DNA of 64,000 bases from a virus. Lineage: Duplodnaviria; Caudoviricetes. Below are positions 49,722 through 56,966 of this stretch, piece after piece. The notes under the pieces are model-generated. The model saw nothing but the letters and a program-made list of their open reading frames with translations, did no database searches and was not told the DNA's origin. Numbering within the stretch: the stretch's first letter is position 1; every line of letters begins with the position of its first letter. A program made the position numbers and the translations under genes. Location of the stretch: IMG/VR virus record IMGVR_UViG_3300025389_000010, positions 32,001 through 96,000 of that record; one strand, given 5' to 3'.

Positions 49722-50398
49722 TTAAAGAACTTCATGATGAGTATAAAAAACTCGCAGACCAATCGTTCCAAAGATTTGAACTCCATTTTCAACCAGATGG
49801 TTCAGACATCATATGGGAAAACAACATATATCAATCTCCTAGCATTAGGTATGGTCATTTGGAACATTTCAGATCCCCAAATGGTAAGGTTGAAGTCATG
49901 CATTGTGTCTTCTTTCCATCTTTTTTTAAACCACTTCCTATTTTTGGATTTGATATCATCGCATTAAACGAAACTATTACGGGTATTTTCTGTGATTTTA
50001 CTCGTGCTCCTTTTGAAATAGAAGCATTGGCTCGTTCTCTAAAAGATTTAAAGCATGAATATAAAGATCATTTAAGGACACTTCCTGAATGGGCTAATTT
50101 TTTTTCTGAAAATTTTGTATGTATTCGTCCAGATGGTCTTGATCATAAGAAATTGATTGAAGATTTTTCTGGTATATTCAGGTGTTTTATCGGGTATAGT
50201 AACTGGCAGGACTATACTGGCAAGTATAACAGCATGGAAGATGTAAAAACATCCATTAATTTTCAAAATGGTTATTCTTTAAATCAAAGAAAAAATGAAA
50301 AGACATCAAAAGCTCTTGCTGCTTATATTGGAGAAGAAAAGGCCAAAGAATTTATAGAAGAAATCTTATTCCCTGTCTATAGAGAGAACACTTTTTAA
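49718..50398 (+). CDS. pcyA: Ferredoxin-dependent bilin reductase, PcyA/PcyX-like
   Basis: GHLE (His74/Glu76 equivalent), VMHCVFFP (His88), PIFGFDII (Asp105), RTLPEWANFFS, QRKNEKTSKAL...ILFP; ATGA overlap with ho1. Confidence 0.85.
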   Translation: MIKELHDEYKKLADQSFQRFELHFQPDGSDIIWENNIYQSPSIRYGHLEHFRSPNGKVEVMHCVFFPSFFKPLPIFGFDIIALNETITGIFCDFTRAPFEIEALARSLKDLKHEYKDHLRTLPEWANFFSENFVCIRPDGLDHKKLIEDFSGIFRCFIGYSNWQDYTGKYNSMEDVKTSINFQNGYSLNQRKNEKTSKALAAYIGEEKAKEFIEEILFPVYRENTF

Positions 50399-51006
50399 GA
50401 ACATGACTCTACTAACTTTGCTTCTGCTTCTCTTCGCACAATAAGACCATCAAGGTTTTTACCTTGCCATATTCTTTTCATCTTTCTTAGCTCTTTAGCT
50501 ATACCTTTATAGTCTTTTTTAGGTACTAGATCACGAATATTACGCATTTCCAAACGACTATCACCTATCATTGATGTTCCCCTGTTAAAAACAAGAGAGA
50601 CTATTGCGCCATAGGCATCATCGCAAAGCTCTGACAGCCCCGGAAAAGCTTTTTCTGCTAGTTTTGTAAACTTGGGCCATGTGTACGTATCAAATATTTC
50701 CACGGCTTTATTCCAAGGGATTTCAATACCGTCATTTTTATGTTGATTAGTATATTCTTTGCCAGCTTGACCGGTTTTACCTGATGCATTTTGTACAACT
50801 TTAAGTTTATCAGGAGGTAAAAAGTTAAAAATTTCAGATAATTCATTAAATGTATAGTATCCACAGTCTATACCTATAGCTAATGTCATGCCACTTGCAC
50901 CACCGGGCCATTCTGGTTTAGTCAAATACTTTTCATAGTATTCTTTTCCACCACCTACTTCATATTCAAGAATTAATGCTAATGCTTTTGGTGATGGGGT
51001 TTTCAT
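50395..51006 (-). CDS. Endolysin, lysozyme-fold (pesticin-like/GH24-related muramidase)
   Basis: LILEYEVGG...WPGGASGMTLAIGIDCG, AIVSLVFNRG, RIWQGKNLDGLIVRREAEAKL. Confidence 0.85.
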   Translation of the reverse strand: MKTPSPKALALILEYEVGGGKEYYEKYLTKPEWPGGASGMTLAIGIDCGYYTFNELSEIFNFLPPDKLKVVQNASGKTGQAGKEYTNQHKNDGIEIPWNKAVEIFDTYTWPKFTKLAEKAFPGLSELCDDAYGAIVSLVFNRGTSMIGDSRLEMRNIRDLVPKKDYKGIAKELRKMKRIWQGKNLDGLIVRREAEAKLVESCS

Positions 51007-51467
51007 ACATCCACCTCCGATATATTATAATCATCTTCTTTTGCATTATTGGTTGAAATATTTTCATTCAAATTAACATCTTTTTCTTCACTAGAAGATT
51101 CGCTTTGTGCTTCACCTTCAACACTCGCACTTGAAGAACTATTATAACGAAGATCCACAAGACCTTGTGCTCCTATATAAACCGATATAACTAGACCAAA
51201 TATTTCTATTATCTTTGTGAATATTGTTGAATATGCGGTAACAACAATATCATGATCTCTTGGAATTAAAAAAAGAAACCCAACTGCCATTAGAAACATA
51301 ACAACAATCATTATGATTGCTGAAAATATTACAAAAAACTTTTTAGATGCAAGATGGTTGGTATCTTCCATCTGTTTTTGTAATTCAGGCGGTGTATTAG
51401 GTGGTGCTTTTCCGTTTGTAAGAAAAGCACTAACCGTTTGGCCTATATTTATTAAATTCTCCCACAC
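51003..51467 (-). CDS. Putative holin (2 TM helices)
   Basis: KKFFVIFSAIIMIVVMFLMAVGFLFLI and IIEIFGLVISVYIGAQGLVD; overlaps endolysin start. Confidence 0.6.
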   Translation of the reverse strand: MWENLINIGQTVSAFLTNGKAPPNTPPELQKQMEDTNHLASKKFFVIFSAIIMIVVMFLMAVGFLFLIPRDHDIVVTAYSTIFTKIIEIFGLVISVYIGAQGLVDLRYNSSSSASVEGEAQSESSSEEKDVNLNENISTNNAKEDDYNISEVDV

Positions 51468-51474
51468 GTAATAT

Positions 51475-52230
51475 TTACATTATTGCAATATCTTTAAATT
51501 TAATTGCATGATTTTCGTTATTTATATAATTGTTTGGTAAATGATAAATTTTACAATCTTCTATTATTTTTCCATTTAAAATAGGAATAACTGTTGCTTT
51601 ATACCAACTAGTCCATAAACCATGAAGCCCTATTGAAGATTGTTCTCTAATATCATATCCAATAATATTTTTTGGATCAAAAAAATTACTTTCAACAAAT
51701 TTATTAAATTCTTTTTTATTATAAATCCAAAATGCACAATATGGGTTTATATCATTTAAAAAATATTCATTTTCTCCAATATTTATTTTTTTAAATTCAT
51801 TTTTATCTTTTGGAATATCAGTTAAGTATTCTTCATTATCTTTTTCTGAAATCTCAATTCTAAAAAAACCCAAATTATAATTTAAAGATATTAAAAAATC
51901 ATTATTTTTTATCCAATATTCTAAAGTTTTTTTAGGTACAAGTATATCATCTTCAACATAAACAAAAATATCGTAATCGTCTTTTTGTTTTTTTAAAATT
52001 TCTCTACATTTCCATGTAAGATAAAAAGGATTTTCACCTTTAAGGTCGTGACAGATAATATTTAAATTACCATTTTTATTTTTATTTAATAAATTAAAAT
52101 CAAAATTATTATTAGTATGTATAAAAATATCGACTATATGATCATATGATGATATTTCATCTATTATCATATTTAGATATTTTATTCTTTCTTGTATAAA
52201 AAAGAATGAAATATGTTTTGATATTTTCAA
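51475..52230 (-). CDS. Glycosyltransferase-like protein (GT-A)
   Basis: YDIFVYVEDDILV, NPFYLTWKCR. Confidence 0.55.
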   Translation of the reverse strand: MKISKHISFFFIQERIKYLNMIIDEISSYDHIVDIFIHTNNNFDFNLLNKNKNGNLNIICHDLKGENPFYLTWKCREILKKQKDDYDIFVYVEDDILVPKKTLEYWIKNNDFLISLNYNLGFFRIEISEKDNEEYLTDIPKDKNEFKKINIGENEYFLNDINPYCAFWIYNKKEFNKFVESNFFDPKNIIGYDIREQSSIGLHGLWTSWYKATVIPILNGKIIEDCKIYHLPNNYINNENHAIKFKDIAIM

Positions 52231-52374
52231 TTAAAAAAACAAAGCACCGATAATTACACCAACACTAAAAGTTGCTATTAGTAAAGTAGCTTTTGGGTGA
52301 GCTTGTGCCCAACTATCAACTGCAAATGCTACGTTATGTGCAATATTATGTAATGTTACGAATATGTTGTTCAT
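52231..52374 (-). CDS. Small membrane protein (47 aa)
   Basis: MNNIFVTLHNIAHNVAFAVDSWAQAHPKATLLIATFSVGVIIGALFF*; not in the track. Confidence 0.6.
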   Translation of the reverse strand: MNNIFVTLHNIAHNVAFAVDSWAQAHPKATLLIATFSVGVIIGALFF

Positions 52375-53027
52375 AGAAATGGAATTGGTTTTGTGACTTT
52401 AAGGTAAACGAATCCTAAAATGAGAAGTGATAATCCACCAATGATTATATCTCTCCAGAGAAGTTCAAATCTAAGCTTATAAACTTCCTTTTGATAATTG
52501 TTTAAATCAGTTATCATTTTATTATTGATATCTTTATCTTTTACAATCTGTAGATCAACCTGTTTTTTATCTTCATTAAGATAATAATAGTCCCATTTTA
52601 ACTGTTCAGCGGTTTTCCTATCTTCCAAAAGCTTTTTATACTCAGAACTATTAACAAAAACAATTTTGTCTTTTGCAAAACTTTCAGGTAATGTCACCAC
52701 TTTCTTTCTATTAGGTTGAACATTTTCATTATTTTCATCTTTGGCAGAAGATGAAAGCCTTGATGTTTTGTGTGCATTATTGCTATGTACCTGTACAGGA
52801 ACTGCTGTGTCATCCTCAGAATAAATTGGACTTACAGGAATTCTCTTCTTTGGTGGAACAACAATTCTTACGGCTTGGTTTATATATTGTTGAGCAAGAT
52901 CAACTCTTTCATTATCAAGAGAGTCTTTTGATGCATATACGCTTTGTGATAAAGCTTCGCTATTTTTTTCCGAATAAACGGTACATCCGCTTATCAGAAG
53001 CAATGATAAAAATAATATATTTTTCAT
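52371..53027 (-). CDS. Putative unimolecular spanin (N-terminal lipoprotein signal plus C-terminal TM)
   Basis: Start at 53027: MKNILFLSLLLISGC lipobox; coiled-coil middle; C-terminal IIIGGLSLLILGFVYLKV; located in the lysis cassette. Confidence 0.65.
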   Translation of the reverse strand: MKNILFLSLLLISGCTVYSEKNSEALSQSVYASKDSLDNERVDLAQQYINQAVRIVVPPKKRIPVSPIYSEDDTAVPVQVHSNNAHKTSRLSSSAKDENNENVQPNRKKVVTLPESFAKDKIVFVNSSEYKKLLEDRKTAEQLKWDYYYLNEDKKQVDLQIVKDKDINNKMITDLNNYQKEVYKLRFELLWRDIIIGGLSLLILGFVYLKVTKPIPFL

Positions 53028-53031
53028 AGAA

Positions 53032-53145
53032 TTATTTAAACAAGCATATTGAATAATCAATACCCGTTCTTAAAGAAACAAATGTTATAAACCATATAAG
53101 GGAACATATGACAAAAGCTATAAACCCTATTATATATTCTTTCAT
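53032..53145 (-). CDS. Small membrane protein (37 aa)
   Basis: MKEYIIGFIAFVICSLIWFITFVSLRTGIDYSICLFK*; fills the gap upstream of the spanin. Confidence 0.5.
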   Translation of the reverse strand: MKEYIIGFIAFVICSLIWFITFVSLRTGIDYSICLFK

Positions 53146-53146
53146 A

Positions 53147-53761
53147 TTAAAAACACCTCCATGTTAAATTAGCAAGATTAACAAAAAATGAAGATATTTT
53201 CAAAAAGAATGGTCTAAATAAGAATCTTCCAATTTGTGACCAAGTATCAAAGGTTATCTTGTTCATAAAAACACGAAAACGTGTTAAAAACTTTTTCTTA
53301 TCATTAAGAAATAAATTTTTAATTTCATCTTCTCTTTTTTTTACTTCTTCAAATGTAGTTTGAAGTTCAATTTTAACTAATTTTACTTCCATTAATTTAC
53401 CTTTAAGGAAAGTTGATACAAATTCAATCCACCATTCATTTCCTTTTTTATCTTTAATAATATGATAAAAATAAACGGCACCCGTATGTTGTATTTTCTT
53501 TTTAGTTCTTGATTTTTCAATAAACTCATACGGAAACCAAAATCCTTTATGACCTTTTGGTTTTGGTTTATCAATATAATCACCTTTTACAATCTCCAAT
53601 AAAAGATTACCGTTTTTATTAACAAAATAATTACCAAGAATGTTTTCCAAATCTTTTGTTTGAAAATCTTCTTTATTCCAAAGAATATGATCAAACATCT
53701 TTGATTGTTTTTTGTTTAATGGAAGCGGAGCTTCAAAATGAATATAATCAAATAGTCCCAT
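53147..53761 (-). CDS. Hypothetical protein
   Basis: MGLFDYI...FQTKDL...YFVNKNGNL. Confidence 0.55.
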   Translation of the reverse strand: MGLFDYIHFEAPLPLNKKQSKMFDHILWNKEDFQTKDLENILGNYFVNKNGNLLLEIVKGDYIDKPKPKGHKGFWFPYEFIEKSRTKKKIQHTGAVYFYHIIKDKKGNEWWIEFVSTFLKGKLMEVKLVKIELQTTFEEVKKREDEIKNLFLNDKKKFLTRFRVFMNKITFDTWSQIGRFLFRPFFLKISSFFVNLANLTWRCF

Positions 53762-53784
53762 AAAATTTAATTTATCATTTATTT

Positions 53785-54597
53785 TTAACTTGTCCAGAGA
53801 TTATTTTTATTATTTTTCTTATAGAAATTATCAAATCCAGTATCGATAATAGTCCATGCACCATGTTCATCTATCTCAAGAACCTGAGATAGACCACAAT
53901 CGATACAAATATTGACACCACCACTGTCTTCAAACACATCAATACCCCTAAAACCGGGAGTATGTCCAAGAACACCACACGGAGTATGTCCATAAACTTG
54001 AAAAACATCTTTTACAGGTTGAGCTTCTCTTTGATGATCATGCCAAGTAATCCCACCTTTGGGATACATACCACCACGACAACGACCAGCAGCACCAATA
54101 GCAGCATTATATTCTCTATTGAACAAAGAAGTTTCCATGTCCTTAATGTTTTTAAGGATTGTTTCATTAGTCATACCCAAAACAGGATGCTCAAACCAAT
54201 CATCACACATACCAGCATGAGTAAAATGCCAATTATTTTCAAAATGATGAAGTTTACATTTATCCCATTCCGTATTACCAAGAATTTCAGTAATCATTGC
54301 ATCCTTAGCTTCTGTAAAACCAGAGCACATGTAAAGTTTCATTACTTTACCTTTATCAATATATTCACAACGAGTATGATAACCCAAATCATGATTACCT
54401 AAAAGGTGAATACGATTAGGTTTCATCAAAGAAGATTTTAACCATAAAGCAGTTTTACGAGCTACTTCTGCATTATCACCAAAATCATCAAAATAGTCAC
54501 CAGTAAAGATAATCTTATGAGTATCTTCATACTTCTGAGCAATAGCTTCAGCAGCTTTAATGTGATTATGAACATCACCAATTGCTATTATTTTCAT
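53785..54597 (-). CDS. Calcineurin-like metallophosphoesterase
   Basis: IGDVHNH, FTGDYFD, LGNHD, FTHAG, VYGHTP. Confidence 0.9.
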   Translation of the reverse strand: MKIIAIGDVHNHIKAAEAIAQKYEDTHKIIFTGDYFDDFGDNAEVARKTALWLKSSLMKPNRIHLLGNHDLGYHTRCEYIDKGKVMKLYMCSGFTEAKDAMITEILGNTEWDKCKLHHFENNWHFTHAGMCDDWFEHPVLGMTNETILKNIKDMETSLFNREYNAAIGAAGRCRGGMYPKGGITWHDHQREAQPVKDVFQVYGHTPCGVLGHTPGFRGIDVFEDSGGVNICIDCGLSQVLEIDEHGAWTIIDTGFDNFYKKNNKNNLWTS

Positions 54598-54603
54598 ACG
54601 AAT

Positions 54604-54631
54604 ATTATGAATGAAAATTCACTAGTGTCAA
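54604..54631 (-). promoter_or_regulatory. Sigma70-like promoter TTGACA-N16-CATAAT-N6-ATG
   Basis: Read directly on the minus strand. Confidence 0.7.
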
Positions 54632-54777
54632 CAAAATAAAATTTTTTACTAAGAAATATTTCTAAGAATATTTAAATTGTATATACAATATACTATAAAT
54701 TTATTTAAAATTTAATATAAAGGTAGTTTAAAACCTCCACATTAATATTTTACAAACTAGGTATTGGAAAGTCAATA

Positions 54778-55260
54778 CTACTTTTTTAATTTTTTTAAGT
54801 TTTTGTTTAAAAACTCTTCATCTTCTCCTGATAAAGACACTGTTGGAATGTTTTTAAACGTACCGTTTATTGTTTTGAACAAGTCTAAACCATCTTCTAT
54901 AAGAAAAAAATTAGGAAGATTCTTTTTTAAGATCCTCTTTAACATTTTTATTACTTTTTCTGAATCTTCAAAGAAAGAAGACCACTGGTTGTACTCTTTT
55001 TTGTCTTTGAAATAACATAAAACACTACAATTCAGCTTCTGAGCCTTTGTGTTTATCATTTTGATATCAAACGAAACCCTTTGATTTACAAATTCTTTGA
55101 AAATTGTGTTTTTTAAGGATACTTTATTGTCTTTAACCAAGTTCCAATCAAAGAAATAGTCTACAGTATCAGCTGCAAGCTCTTCAAGATAGTCAAAAAC
55201 ATCAAAGATTAAAATATCATCTTTGACACAGTAAAAAAAATACTGTTTATTTGTTCTCAT
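54778..55260 (-). CDS. Hypothetical protein
   Basis: ORF coupled to the upstream gene. Confidence 0.5.
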   Translation of the reverse strand: MRTNKQYFFYCVKDDILIFDVFDYLEELAADTVDYFFDWNLVKDNKVSLKNTIFKEFVNQRVSFDIKMINTKAQKLNCSVLCYFKDKKEYNQWSSFFEDSEKVIKMLKRILKKNLPNFFLIEDGLDLFKTINGTFKNIPTVSLSGEDEEFLNKNLKKLKK

Positions 55261-55786
55261 CGTCAGCCATTATAGCATCAACGACGATTTCTTCAACAAT
55301 TTCCTGTGGTAATGCTAAATTAGCATGTTTTATTGTCTCGTAAAGTTGTTTATATTGTTCAGTAAGTCTTTCTTTGAGTTCATGTGCCAACATATTCTGT
55401 TTTTTGTCCAAATTAGCATATGTTGGTTTGGATTGAAGCTGTAATGCCTCTAAAAGAGGTTGACCTGATGTACAAACAATTTCATAAAGCCTCTTATAAA
55501 ATCTATTTAAAGGCGACATATAAGGTGAATTTTGGAGTTTATTAACTTGTTCGTAAAGATATTTTAAAATTGTTGATTTTTCAGTTTGCTCTTTAACACC
55601 TGCAAGAAATTCGGGTGCTCTTACATGATTTTTACCAAAAGGATTGAATATACATCCGGAACCTTGCATTTTAGATCCACAATAAATGCATTTTCCCGGT
55701 GAATCAAAATGCACATGTGTGTTTGTTGGCGAAAATATACAAGGTCTTCCGTGAGCCGTAGAATTACAATAAATGCAATGAGACAT
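55247..55786 (-). CDS. Protein with two N-terminal C3H-type Zn-finger-like repeats
   Basis: CIYCNSTAHGRPCIFSPTNTH and CIYCGSKMQGSGCIFNPFGKNH. Confidence 0.6.
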   Translation of the reverse strand: MSHCIYCNSTAHGRPCIFSPTNTHVHFDSPGKCIYCGSKMQGSGCIFNPFGKNHVRAPEFLAGVKEQTEKSTILKYLYEQVNKLQNSPYMSPLNRFYKRLYEIVCTSGQPLLEALQLQSKPTYANLDKKQNMLAHELKERLTEQYKQLYETIKHANLALPQEIVEEIVVDAIMADDENK

Positions 55787-55787
55787 A

Positions 55788-56228
55788 CTATATAATTACT
55801 CCATTATCTTTAAATTTCTTAAGTTCTTCTTTTGGAGGAGTACCTATTCTGACATTAATAATGCCATTATAGTAATCGTCTCTTAACAAAACATTTCTAT
55901 CAAGCTGTTCTTTGATTTCAAAATAAGCTAAAGACCATTTGGAATCACAGGTTCTTAATATTTTAAATGTAAAATTTTCTTTACCGTGTTTTTTTATGTC
56001 TTCGTTCAGTTCTCTTGAAGAACTTGTATATGTTTTCCAATCGGATTCTACAAAATCTATTCTGTTACGAGTTTTTCCTTTTAAAGGTTTTCTTTTTAAT
56101 CTTGACATGCATTGCTTCTTACCGATATAATTTTTTCTATCAATATTATTAGAAATTTCATAGATAAAACCAAAAGTACTTTGATTTATTGTAACATTTT
56201 CTTCTAATATCCAATGTCCTGTGTCCAT
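55788..56228 (-). CDS. denA: GIY-YIG nuclease, endonuclease II (DenA)-like
   Basis: GFIYEISN...NYIGKKQ, WKTYTSSS, FTFKIL, YFEIKEQ, YYNGII. Confidence 0.75.
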   Translation of the reverse strand: MDTGHWILEENVTINQSTFGFIYEISNNIDRKNYIGKKQCMSRLKRKPLKGKTRNRIDFVESDWKTYTSSSRELNEDIKKHGKENFTFKILRTCDSKWSLAYFEIKEQLDRNVLLRDDYYNGIINVRIGTPPKEELKKFKDNGVII

Positions 56229-56542
56229 TATGTAGTTTGTTTTAAACTTCTTCTAGTTGTATATAAAACTGATTTATTTATAGGTTCTTTAGGAAAAGCT
56301 ACATTGTTTTTAATTTTATTTTTATGTTTTTTTCTTTTATTTCTAGAAATCTTTCTGGAAGGATTTACACCGCCAGCAACTGACATGTCGAATTTAACAT
56401 TAGGTGAATAACCTGCACCTGTTGTTGGGTTAGGGATTGGATCTGTAGTTGAACCAAATGCACCAGTAGTACCAATACCAACTGCTGCTGTATTCATTTC
56501 ATTTAAAGTATCTAAAATAATTTGTTGAAAATTAATATTCAT
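56228..56542 (-). CDS. Hypothetical late protein, possible internal head protein
   Basis: MNINFQQIILDTLNEM; basic C-terminus; ATAAGTA upstream. Confidence 0.5.
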   Translation of the reverse strand: MNINFQQIILDTLNEMNTAAVGIGTTGAFGSTTDPIPNPTTGAGYSPNVKFDMSVAGGVNPSRKISRNKRKKHKNKIKNNVAFPKEPINKSVLYTTRRSLKQTT

Positions 56543-56552
56543 GTTATATAAT
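56525..56552 (+). promoter_or_regulatory. Sigma70-like promoter TTGAAA-N16-TATAAT for the uvsY-uvsW-gp55-gp47 operon
   Basis: Read directly. Confidence 0.55.
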
Positions 56553-56567
56553 GTCTTCTATATACTT

Positions 56568-56966
56568 ATGGACATTCTACTCAAATATTATGAAGAATTG
56601 AATGAAGATGTTAAGTTTGATCAAATTAATATTTTAGAAAAACAACTAATGCTTCCTGCAATCAAGCACAAATGGGTTGCAAGATTAATTCAATTAAAGA
56701 AATCCAAGAATGATTTGGATAAAAAGAAAAAAGACCTTAAAGAAGATGCATTTAAAGCTCTTGAAGACAAAGGTATCCCAACAGGAATGCCAAAAACTGC
56801 AATAAAAGCTAAAATTGAAGCATCAGAACAGATAAGAAAGATAGATGAAGATATAAAAAACATAGATATTTGCATTGAATACTTGGAAAAGGTAGAAAAA
56901 ATACTCAGTTCAATAACTTATGACATTGGGAATGCTACAAAATTAATGGTTCTTGAAACAACATGA
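56568..56966 (+). CDS. uvsY: Recombination mediator UvsY
   Basis: EDVKFDQINILEKQLMLPAIKHKW...IEYLEKVEKILSSITYDIGNA; adjacent to uvsW. Confidence 0.75.
   Translation: MDILLKYYEELNEDVKFDQINILEKQLMLPAIKHKWVARLIQLKKSKNDLDKKKKDLKEDAFKALEDKGIPTGMPKTAIKAKIEASEQIRKIDEDIKNIDICIEYLEKVEKILSSITYDIGNATKLMVLETT

Noticed and set aside
54632-54777. AT-rich intergenic stretch as replication origin or ncRNA
   Set aside because: No iterons or stable structure discernible by eye; insufficient evidence
55788-56228. Mobile homing endonuclease or intron
   Set aside because: Short standalone GIY-YIG with DenA-like motifs, no DNA-binding extension and no interrupted host gene
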